64,000 bases of DNA, taken from Paragordius varius (lineage: Eukaryota > Animalia > Nematomorpha). Numbering within the stretch: position 1 is the stretch's first letter; the number at the start of each line of letters is the position of its first letter. The stretch lies in contig OZ176054.1 in assembly GCA_964247055.1 (NCBI GenBank), positions 2,480,001-2,544,000 on the forward strand. The letters run 5' to 3'. A model generated the notes under the pieces. The model worked only from the letters and a program-made list of their open reading frames with translations, did not search any database and was not told the DNA's origin. Positions 27,941 through 38,887 of this stretch are shown here, in pieces. Both the position numbers and the translations under genes were made by a program.

Positions 27941-30900
27941 CCTAAATCATTTAAAAAATTTTTTGCAAAAATATATAGTAACCCTTGGAGAAGCAAGTTG
28001 TTTAACAACCATCATTTCATGATCATTGATGACATGGTGATAAAGATAAACTTTAGGATTAATTCCAATCTGTTCCTGCATAGCAGGAGCCAAAATTAAC
28101 AGAGGTGATTTGTGATTATTAACGTATTTGCATTTTAGTCTACGGGCTATGAGGGGATCCTTTCTTTCACAAATATAGTATAGTAGGGGTAGGTAGAAAG
28201 TAAAAAATAGAATAAATTATTCAAAAAAAAGTTAGTGCGTAGTTTAAAAATATGTCTTAATTTAACTATTACACGATGTGACCTATGGTATGTTAATTAA
28301 CGCATTTACATTTTAGACTACGAGCTCTGAGGGGACCCTTTGTTTCACAATAAATAAGGTACAAAATTTTGGTATTCAAAAAAATGGTTAAATACGCATA
28401 TATATATATATATATATATATAACACTGTTAAAAATATGAATTTGACCATTAGCAGAAGTGATCTATGCAATTTTATTGACGATTCTCCAACAAATAATG
28501 TAGTAAAAAATTGGTTAATTAACTATTATCATGAAAGAGTTTCTTTGTTTATTAACTATCTAAGCATAAATCTTTTGGCATACAACTTATGATTGGAAAT
28601 GTCACCTAGACACTCACTAAGATATATTATGATTTCTGAATTGATAAATTTTTATATCTAACAATTTGACAACAACAATATTCAAAAGCGAAAAAAATTC
28701 ACTAAACCTAAAAAAAAAATACAAAAAATTATTTTTTTAAACAAAACAATATAAAAACATAATTTAATTTTTAGAAAACTTACAAAATTTAATAGCCTAA
28801 ATACTCATATAATTAAATAAAAAAACCTTATATATATATTTATAACCATTTATAATTTATCCCACATTCCAAAAAAATTAATTGTATTGACAAAAACATA
28901 TACCATTCGAAAATCACCTCGGCACAAACTATGATAGTTCATAATTTCAGGGTTAGAATATTCGTCTTCTAATTTAGCATTTGTAGGTTCCCATTCATCG
29001 CCCTTTTTAACACCGGATCTTTCAAGTTCATCCAATTCTATTAGGAACGATTCTTTATTCGCTTGGGCTCGATCATGGAAAGGATCTAATAAATATATAA
29101 AAACATAAATAATATATATTTGTAAAACTAACTTTGGGTAGCTATTTTGACAGTTTTGTTCTAAACTTAAATAATAAATTGTCGAATATTTGTTATCTGC
29201 TAAAATTAATGTATATTTGAATGATAGTTTTAATATTTATGTTTTAAACTTAAATAATAAAAAGTCTCAAATTTTTATTATCTACTAAAATTAATTTATT
29301 GAATAATAGAAAACTGTGTATTATATTTACTTTTGGTTTTGGGTTTATTAATTTTTGCAAATTTATTTAGAACTATAAAAAAGAGTTTTTTGTGTTACAT
29401 TTGGGTGAAAAATTATTATAAATTATGGCAAAATCTTAATTGCATACTTAAAGCCAGTAATTCTTCAGTTTTCTTCATGGCGCCATTCACATCCCCTTGC
29501 TAACCAACAACACATTAAATATAATATAAATTCATATGTAAAGTTAGGAAAATTAAACATGAAAAATCATAAATATATATGGTTATATAAATTTCTTTAA
29601 AATGCAATTAATTTCTAATTAAAACTTTAAATTTATCAAAATTTGATAACTTTCTGCCATTTATAATATATAACTTTTACAGATTGCTTGGAATCATCAG
29701 ATTTTCGTGTTTTGTATAAATACCGTTAACACTAAATTCATATAATTTCAATTATTAATAATATAAAATATCGGATGAGTTTACATAATTTCTATTAACA
29801 ACATGAAAAAAATAATATGTAAACAAGTAATAATTATTATAATTAAACTGCAAATATACTTAATTAAAATATTAATTAAAATCAAAATCAACCTTATGCA
29901 TAACAAAAGGCACAAATATTTGTCAAATGTGATGGAACTTTGCATATATCACTCCAAAATTTTATATAATTCCATAATTTTATAAACACATCGCGCAATA
30001 TTAAATCAAATAATCTAACATGCAGAGATCGGAGAATTTTATATACAATCCAAACAAATTTTAATAATTTACCACCTTATATAGCGCAAAAGCTAAATAT
30101 TCCAAAATATCTTCAAGCAAAACACTTTTTTCCTCCTCAGATTCGTATCTGATTAAGGCTTCCTCCATCCAAATCTGCATGTGATAAAAATCATCGTTTA
30201 GATATGATTGTCGACCCAATTCAAAACATTGTTCAGCTATCGATAAAAAAAAATTTAAATTTTATAGACGACAAAAAAAAGTAAAATTAATCAGCAATAA
30301 AACCGCATATTAATCCTTAATTTTTTTAAACACCCTTAACTCAATTATTAAACATATTATGGAAATTATTTTTCTTAGACAATGAAGATGGCGTTTTCCG
30401 CTAATAAATTTATGATTTAACCTTAACTCAATTGTTGTTTTTTTACTATGAAAGATATACACGGTTGACGACCCAATTCAAAACATAAAATTAACAGACA
30501 AAACAATCTTCTTAAGGAATAAAAAAACCATATTTTTTGATCCTTAACTTTTTTTTTATTACTACCTGAAAAAAATTAATGAATACAGAACATATAGAAA
30601 GTAAAATATTAAAAAAATTCTGATATAATCAATTTTTCAAACGCTGCATTTTTTTAAATATAAATTACATGTGATTACAAATGTATGAAATATATAATTG
30701 AGTCGTGTGTGTTAACCATTTTACATTTCCAACATTCCTTTTTTTCTAGACAAGTTATATTAGCAATCATATTTTAAAATATTGTTTTTTGCATAAATAA
30801 TGTCCTTTTACTTTATAATTTGACTGTACATTTCAAGTTGGTCCTTGAAAAGTTCAAGTTGGTCCTTTAAATTTTTAAATTTTGATTTAACCATAATTTT

Positions 30901-33900
30901 TGCATTTATTTTTTTTCTATTATTTATTAATCTAATTTTCTTTATTTATGATATATTTATTCATTTAAAAATAAAAAATTTTATTGAAAAACCACTTTTT
31001 TGTTTCTTATTCATTCCGTGTTAAAATTTTACAAATCCAAAATTATTTTAAGAATTTAATAAAAATATACGGTTTCTCAAAGATTAAATGATATCTATTT
31101 AAAATTTATGTTAAATAATAGAAAATAGGTTAAAAAATAGATGTATTATTTACGATTTGATTGATAAAAGTTAAATACAAAATAAAAAATCAAACGACCA
31201 ACTTGAAGTGTTCACGGACCAACTTGAAATGTTCAAGAACCAACTTGAAATGTTCAAGGACCAACTTGAACTGTTCAAGGACCAACTTGAACTGTTCAAG
31301 GAAATTCTTGAAGTTCAAATGGTATATATTAAAAATCGTATTGGATCAATGTTTAAAAGATAATTTCTCACAAAAATTGAAAAAAGCTAAGTATAGTAAA
31401 AATTAATTATACGGAAAAAGAGACAAATATTTTTTTCAAAAGACAGCACCGCTTTTCTTAACATTTATTTTCCTATAAAAATTATTTAATAAAGATTGTA
31501 AAATATATAATTGATTGTGTTGCCAATATACATATCTATTCCGTACTTTGCAATTTCAAACAATGAGTTTTATTTAATACATGATTTACAAGGTTTGATT
31601 GTCTTTTATAAAAGAATATATCTCTTTATATTTTTACATTTTGTCCGAATAATTTCAACTTTTACTGTATACTCATTTTCCTATTTAAAAACTATAATAA
31701 TTTTGATTTCCCTTAAAAGGTAAAAAATTTGTATGTGGTAGCACTAAGATATAACTTTAAAATCAATATAAATTTAAACAGAAAAAACCCAGGCACCATT
31801 AAAAAACAACAAAAATTTTTAAAAATTGGTCAACTCATATTAGTGTAATCTTATATCTATTATACAAGTTATTAACCATCATCTATAAAAACCAGTCTAT
31901 AAAAATATAAATTTTTTTAGATCAGAAATTTATCAAAAAAACTTTTTTATTTATCTATAATTTAAACAAGCCAGAAATTTTTAAAAAAACGATAAAACAT
32001 AAAAAATATATCCAAATATTTGATCCAATTATTAAATTTTCATCTATTTATTATATACCATTTCCCAGTCTAAATAAACGTTTTCCCAGTCAATCGAAAC
32101 ATTTTCCCAATCAATCGAAACGTTTTCCCAGTCAATCGAAACGTTTTCCCAGTCAATCGAAACATTTTCCCAGTCAATCGAAACGTTTTCCCAGTCAATA
32201 GAAACATTTTCCCAGTCAATAATAACATTTTCCCAATCAATAAAAACGTTTTCCCAGTCAATAAAAACGGTTTTATTTTTGATGATAAATATCAAAACAA
32301 GAATATAAAAACACCTTTTAACCATTATTAGCGTAATATTAGGATATAATTTTTTATAAAAACACAATTATTGAATGACAATTTTTCCAAGTATATTCCT
32401 GTGCACAATCATTAATGATTTATTCTTTAAATATTATATTTTTGGAATTTGAGTTAAGATAATATTTTTTATTTTATCGACGTTTATATATGCGGCTAAC
32501 TTATAAAATCTATACTTACGGATTAAATAATAAAATTTATAAAAATATACCATTTTTATCACAAAGTCATTTAACACTTTATTGGATCTAAACATAAACT
32601 TTACGCCAAGTTTTTTTAATATTTATAATTTGATTCATAGGAGGCCCAACGCTGCCTTCTGATAATCTTTGTGCGGCCCGCGAAAAATTTGGAAAACCAT
32701 ATGCAAAAATATGCCCACAAAATCTTAGTAATAATCATATTTCTTACGTATTATTATGAATGGGTCTATTAAATTGGTAAAAAATTGTTATATTGTGTTT
32801 GTATTTTGCAGTCTTATAAAATTATGTGAATGCCCGTATATATTTCGAATAGAAAACCGTGTGCTTTTTGAGTTAAAGATGCGGCCCGCGAAAGCATTTA
32901 GTTGGACACCCTTGTTTTAGTAAAATATCCTTTTTATTAAATATTTTTAGCTCAAAAACATTTTTATCAAAAAAAATTTCGTTAAGATTTTTTTCCGACA
33001 GTATATTTATCGACAAACCGAAGATATTTAAAAACTATTCTGAAACGTTCCGCAAATATTAATGCGGACTATCGATAAAATAAAAAATATTATCTTAACT
33101 CAAATTCCAAAAATATAACATTTAAAGAATAAATCATTAATGATTGTGCACAGGAATATACTTGGAAAAATTGTCATTCAATTGTGTTTTTATAAAAAAT
33201 TATATCCTAATATTACGCTAATAATGGTTAAAAGGTGTTTTTATATTCTTGTTTTGATATTTATGATCAAAAATAAAACCGTTTTTATTGACTGGGAAAA
33301 CGTTTTTATTGATTGGGAAAATGTTTTTATTGACTGGGAAAATGTTTCTATTGACTGGGAAAACGTTTCGATTGACTGGGAAAATGTTTCGATTGACTGG
33401 GAAAACGTTTCGATTGACTGGGAAAACGTTTCGATTGATTGGGAAAATGTTTCGATTGACTGGGAAAACGTTTATTTAGACTGGGAAATGGTATAATTCG
33501 TGTTTTTGAAAATCACATCAAATTATTTTGGAACTAAATTGTAAAATCATTGATCAATATTTAAAACTATTAATTTATCTCCAAACTAAAAAAACTCGTT
33601 TCTAAAAATATTTTCATCAAGTTATAAAAAAAAATTTACCATTTAGACTAGGGGAAGTTTCAACGCCCGAAATATTGCCTTGAGCCATTTTGTTTGTGTC
33701 AACTTTGTACATATCTTGCAATCTAAAGAGTGCAACTGCAGCCCCATTCAAGTCCTGCTCGCCGGGCATAAATACATTGCTTGAAATTATATTGATGTAC
33801 GCTATATTATAAATTATTATGTGCACTTTGAAATAAAATTACATTGTGTTTGTTGAAAAGAGAGAAATTTAATGTTGGATAAAGGATATTCAATTACAAG

Positions 33901-36123
33901 CTCAACAACATACCTTTGACAAAGATATTTGTAAATATTATGAGTAAAGTAAGCCAATTGAAATATCCAACATATATATATATATTGAATTTGTTCTTAA
34001 ATAATTTTATTCCGAAGCGGTGATAATTGGTTATAATTTTATGGTTTAAATACCCATCCCTAATTAGAAAAAAAACATCCACAAATATTTTTGAGAAATC
34101 CTTCTCACAAATTTTAATGGATGTCTAATATTTTTTTAAATTCACACGTATACCATCAAATGTAAAAAAACCTATACTATTGTTTTTCTGGGGTAAAAGA
34201 AGTAGTACTAATATAATTTTGCTCAGTAACGATTATTTTTTCACAATAAAAAATATCCAAAATCAAACAATCATAATATTTCAAAAAAACTGTAACTGCC
34301 GATAATTATTCCGCAAAAACATTCTTTAGAAGCAAAACTATATGGGGTGAAACCGTTTTTTAACATAACTAAAATTGATATAAAAATTGTCAGAATATAT
34401 TATTATTATGAGTTATATAAAAAAAACATTTTGTCAATTACCCTTTGGCATTACATCAAAATTGTCAGAATATATTATTATTATATTATATGAGTTAAAC
34501 AGTACAATTTATATATATTATAAATCTGTAAAGTTTAGAGCATTTTTATTCAAAGAAATGTTATGTAAGGTTAAAAAAAGCTGCTAGGCGAAACTCATTG
34601 TAAATTTTAAAAGGCACGTATCATACTTATATATAGGTATCTTTTACAATGTATATGATACTTAACAATTCATAAATACACTTTTTTCGTCCCATTTTAC
34701 ATAATGTTGTAGTTTTATATCCCAAAGCCCGATTTCGTAAATAAATAAATTACAGTTTTAAAAGTTATTTTAGTTAAAATTTAATTATTAAACATAATTG
34801 TTATGAGGTTTTAGATAAAAAAAGCTTATATTTTTTATAGGTTTGTGACTTGTAGTGTTTAATTTTGGATAGTCCCTAAACCCGATTGAAACAAACATCT
34901 GATATTCAAATCAAAATATATCAAGTATTTGCTGGTAAAGTGTAGCCTTAAAGCTTTTAAAGCTTTAAAATAACCATATAATTATATGCCTGTTGCTTTA
35001 GCGATTCAAAAAAAATCAAAGAAAAAAATGGCGGTAAATTGGGGATAAAGATTTTACTTTTTTAAAAAAATTGTATATTGCGCCTAAAAGGCTAAAGAAA
35101 GAAAGCATTATATTATTTAATTCGGCTAATTACCTTAAATACTTTAAAGATATAAATTTAAATCGCTCTGGGATATAAAACTATCCCAAAAGGCAAAGGC
35201 GTATTAATTTTGCCTACTATTAAAAAACCAAATTAAAATATAAGATAATATATTAAATAACTTTCTGAAACATTGTTTCGCATGAAAGATTCTAGCGTTT
35301 TCCAATCCTTAGTGAGACTTTTTATGAGCAAATATGCATTGATGGGATTACTTATGTAATATTCGGCGTCCTCTTCCCCATACCTTTCCTCATTTTGTTT
35401 GATTAACCTAATTATAATAAAATTTTCAACAAAAATTCTAAAATTATCTTTACAAAAAAAACTTATGTGTCACATTTAAATTAAACGGTCGCACATTTTA
35501 AAATATAATCAAACGGTATGTTATAAAATATTTTTCAAAATCATTAATTTTATATTATATAAATCTACACTTTAGAAGAATTGATACATAAATTCTAAAC
35601 GATTATCTAATATTATAGCAATTTATTCTTTTTATTCATTTTTCATTAATTAAACCAGGAGATGATTTTTGAATTATCTGATTACAGTAAAATTAAAAAA
35701 GTTTATAAATCTTTTGAGAAAAAAATGCAAAATGACAGTAAAATTATTAATATATACGGAATAGTGAAAAAATGGTAAAACTATGTGTGGGTTCAAAAAG
35801 TAATTTTTAACTTATATATTATGCATTTTAATACACATAGAAGAATACCAAAAAACTCTATATAGAAAAATAGGATATTACCAAAGTATATTAACCATAA
35901 CATCACAAAAATAAGTTAATTAAGTAGTATACTCTTTGATTTTGGCTAATCTTTGTTCTTCCTCAGCTATATAGTCATTTAATAGGTTAATATATTCTTT
36001 TTTAAAATATAAAAGATTTTGGACATCTACCATAGACGAAAATACATCTTGAGAAAGAATGAGATCGATAGAAGATAAAATTAACACATTAAGTAAAAAG
36101 GCTAAGCAAAAATTTAAATTCAT
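21259..36123 (-). CDS. P4HA: Prolyl 4-hydroxylase alpha subunit, paralog B (528 aa, divergent catalytic-domain substrate contacts)
   Basis: 14 exons (high-low): 36123-35933, 35407-35262, 33801-33640, 30236-30076, 29499-29448, 29085-28904, 28159-27983, 26616-26546, 25798-25702, 25522-25469, 24549-24487, 23713-23645, 21673-21577, 21323-21259. Total 1587 nt, all GT-AG, no stops. Signal peptide, NPINAYLLIK, GAAVALFRLQDMY, TPR-like region, PHYD, HAACPV and GSKW are present. Confidence 0.93.
23986..24252. mobile_element. hAT-type MITE in P4HA-B intron
   Basis: TIRs CAGGGGTGTCCAAC ... GTTGGACACCTCTG with subterminal GCGGCCCGCG motif; TSD not preserved. Confidence 0.65.
24693..24712 (-). promoter_or_regulatory. 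Intronic element II (between alternative exons 11a and 11b) of predicted RNA duplex, P4HA-B
   Basis: RNA UGCAAAAACGGUGUUUUACC is complementary over 20 nt (one G-U) to element I at 25171-25190, and is conserved in paralog A. Confidence 0.7.
24812..24878 (-). pseudogene. P4HA: Decayed alternative exon 11a of P4HA-B
   Basis: AGTATAGAAAAAGATGCCTTTAATGAACGCCAAGGAAACTGTATA...ATGTTTAAC|GTAAG is homologous to 45930-45992. The acceptor CAG has become CAC, a net 4-nt insertion gives 67 nt with an in-frame TAA, and GNR has become GNC. Confidence 0.85.
25171..25190 (-). promoter_or_regulatory. Intronic element I (upstream of exon 11a) of predicted RNA duplex, P4HA-B
   Basis: RNA GGUGAAACACCGUUUUUGCA; lies in a roughly 80-nt block conserved with 45515-45595 of paralog A. 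Confidence 0.7.
26831..27890. mobile_element. Foldback-type non-autonomous element (family D), long TIRs with 21-bp subrepeats, (TA)n flanks
   Basis: TA|CCATTTTTCATGC start; units such as AAGCAAAAACAACAATTTTTT and their inverted copies near 27805-27870. Inverted homology extends roughly 250 bp inward. Contains a degenerate family-B element around 27190-27630. Confidence 0.7.
27891..27936. repeat. (TA)23 microsatellite
   Basis: Direct reading; abuts the right end of the foldback element. Confidence 0.95.
30829..31322. mobile_element. Foldback-type element family B (GGACCAACTTGAAATGTTCAA 21-bp arrays), left end eroded
   Basis: Inverted units at 30830-30870, about six direct units at 31196-31320, ending TTCAAATGG|TA. 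Internal sequence is shared with 58666-59269. Confidence 0.75.
31394..31667. mobile_element. TA-flanked MITE, CAGTAAAAATT family (pogo/Tc1-like)
   Basis: Left end (T)AGTAAAAATTAATTATACGG, right end TTTGTCCGAATAATTTCAACTTTTACTG|TA; homologous to 48770-49066. Confidence 0.6.
32058..33491. mobile_element. Young foldback-type element (family A) with about 420-bp near-perfect TIRs containing ten 21-bp repeats
   Basis: TA|CCATTTCCCAGTC ... GACTGGGAAATGG|TA. Arms 32058-32480 and 33072-33491 are almost identical inverted copies (one 3-nt indel). Unit GACTGGGAAAACGTTTCGATT explains the spurious (IDWENVS)n ORFs. Confidence 0.9.
32636..32914. mobile_element. hAT-type MITE nested in the spacer of the family-A foldback element
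   Basis: Two GCGGCCCGCGAAA motifs, right TIR GTTGGACACCCTTG, degenerate left TIR. Confidence 0.65.
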
Positions 36124-36588
36124 ATTTTAGCCCGGTTGAATGATGTTATGCAAATCAGCTATTTAAGAAAGAATGTCATAACACTTGGTTCCCACCATCT
36201 CAGTCCGATTCAAATTAGGGTTGTGAACCACAGGACTGTTTAATCACTTATTTTGTAAAAAATATGGAATATAGCTATTTAAAAGTTTGCACTTTATAAC
36301 AATGATGCCCCATAATAGGAAATAAAATTTGATACGACTTATTTATAGAGAAACCTGATCGTGAAAATTTAGTCAACATAACTAACTAATAAAATACCGC
36401 AAAAACACTTTTTACTGTTTTTATTAACACTATTAATTAACTTTTTTGTTCTAGTTTACCTTTTGGGGTAGTTTTATATCTTATAAATTTTATGACAAAT
36501 AACAGTGTTAAAGATTATTTTTGATAAAATTTAATTAAACATCTTTCTCATGCTTAATATAGAAATTCTATACGAAAGCTAATATTAA

Positions 36589-37150
36589 CACTTCGATTCA
36601 AATTGGGGTATCAAAATACCCCAGACTAAATTAGAGTTAGAATTTTTAAAAAACTACTGAATGAAACGGTCCTAATTTATGCTTCTATCCTAAAATTATA
36701 TAAATATGCCAAAACTTCTAAAAAAAATTTTGGTTTGAAAAGAAAGTTCCATGTCAAACTACTTCGACGCCATTTTAATTATACAAAATTTTTGTAAAAT
36801 ATCGTCTTCATTTGATTTAAAGGGTAAAAATAAAGCTAAATTTTTATTATCATATCTAACATTGGTAGAAATAGAAGGAGCAGTTTATTTTGTTTTATTT
36901 TTCAATATTACCATTGCATACATATCACGTCACTAAATTTTTACCTTTCGGTTTTAGCTTAAAATAAGTAATATCATGTATTTTTGAATAAACTTTTTTA
37001 TATATTTTGGTTCATTAATGTTTTAAGTGCAAGATTTTGTCATGGTTTCGATTCCTATATTTTTGAAGAATTTAGTTTTAAACAGGCCTGGGGTATTTAA
37101 CTACCCCAATTTAAATCGAAGTACTAAAATGAATGTGTTGTATCCAAGTG
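36589..37150. mobile_element. TTAA-flanked piggyBac-like MITE in the P4HA intergenic region
   Basis: TTAA|CACTTCGATTCAAATTGGGG ... CCCCAATTTAAATCGAAGT-(about 30 bp)-CCAAGTG|TTAA. The asymmetric terminal plus internal inverted repeats resemble piggyBac end organisation. Confidence 0.6.
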
Positions 37151-37478
37151 TTAATCAAGCGTCAGGTCAATATCCATTTTAATATAAAAGTTTTAATATA
37201 TAAAAGTCAATAATTAATTTATAGTGCATTTTATTTCTTATATTATTTACTTAATCACAAAAAAACCGTAATATATTTATTCTGATAGGGAAATGCAATA
37301 TGTTTTTGGTTTTGACAATTATGATATTACGAAATTTATTCACATTTTTGCAGTAATTTCAGAGAAGTGGTAAAATTTTACATTGTATTAAATTAATTTT
37401 TTTGGTAAAAACAAAACCTTTCCCAAAAAATATCCCTAAAAAATTATTAAGCAAAAGCTTAACAATATTTAAATTTAA

Positions 37479-37597
37479 CACTTCGATTCAAAATGGGGGA
37501 TCTAAATATCCCAGACTATTGAGTTCAGTATGTTTAAAAACTACCCAAGACCCAAATTTGAATCGAAGGACTAAAATTAGTGTGTTGTATCCAAGTG
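37479..37597. mobile_element. Internally deleted 119-bp copy of the same TTAA element
   Basis: TTAA|CACTTCGATTCAAAATGGGGG ... TGTGTTGTATCCAAGTG|TTAA. Confidence 0.6.
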
Positions 37598-38437
37598 TTA
37601 AACGATAATAAATATATGCTAAATTTAATACCAAAATTTTTTTTACAAAAAATAGATATCATATAAACTCTATCTATAAAATTTTGATGAAGCGAGTTTT
37701 ATCGTGTTTTGAAACACATGTAAGGGTATAAAAGTTTTCAAATATTTTAAAAATATTTTTTCCTATGATGCCACATATTTTTATTGTTATTTTATGAATA
37801 ACTAAAAACAATAACTTAACATAAATTTTGAGAAAAGCGAATTTTATAATCACAGTCACAGGTGATAAATATGTGCTTCATTAAATTATATAGAAAAATA
37901 GTGTTTTATTTTATTTTCAAGCGTTTTTATACGTTTGCATGATGCCTAATAGCATGAAGTACTCTTTACCAATTTTTCCAAAAATTATATTTTGTAAATA
38001 ATTCTCAGAAAAAACAAGCTTGACTTCAAAATTTAACATATAATTAAATATTTTTTCTCGCAATCTCGGTCTTTTCGCCTTTATTTAAACTGAATCTGCT
38101 TATTTTTAACGGATTAATTTTATGCAACCCGATTTCTGACGCAGTAAAATCTGCGACATATTAAAACTATACGCAGTATCTCGAATTCTAATGGATATCA
38201 GAATCATTTATTAGGGTTTCCTTCCGATTCTATGCACTGTTTTTATTTTTTTAAGCCAATGTATAAAATATTTGAACCAGAGAAAAATCAGAGATTATCG
38301 ATAATTTTGCTACACGTATTTAACAATATAATATAAAATTAAAAAAATAAGTCACTATATAAATATTTATAATTTACATCATTTCTCAATATTTTCAGTT
38401 GATTGCCATAACATCATTAATCAACCGAGAACAAAAT

Positions 38438-38854
38438 ATGGGTTTGAATTTTTATTCAGCCTTTTTTATTAATGTGATACTTTTATCCGCTATCAAGCTC
38501 ATCCTTTCCCAAGATGTATTTACATCTATGGCAGATGTCCAAAACCTTTTATATTCCAAAAAAGAATGCTTTAACCTAATAAATGACTATATCACTGATG
38601 AAGAGCAAAGATTAGCAAAAATCAAAGAGTATACTATTTATTTAATTAATTCTTTGAAATTTGGTTTTTATTAAGCAAAAATTTTTAACCAATACAAATT
38701 TATATTTTTTTCAGTATTTACCTATTATTACTTTCTCTTAATTACAGAGTAATTAATCGATCAAATATTTTGAAAGCGAAAGTTTGTTTTTTTTTCAATC
38801 AATTTTACAGTTATTTGATACTACATTTTATATAAAATCATATAATACATTGTA

Positions 38855-38887
<33 letters not shown>

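Noticed and set aside
31196-31320. Regularly spaced short repeats resembling a CRISPR array
   Set aside because: Units are head-to-tail with no unique spacers, the context is eukaryotic, and no cas genes are present.
31161-31406. ORF with (CSRTNLK)n repeats, and similar ORFs at 58670-58900 and 59158-59440
   Set aside because: Products of the family-B 21-bp TIR arrays.
32044-33496. ORFs encoding (IDWENVS)n and (LTGKTFR)n repeats on both strands
   Set aside because: They are translations of the 21-bp subterminal arrays in the two arms of a TA-flanked foldback element, with no splice context or coding flanks.
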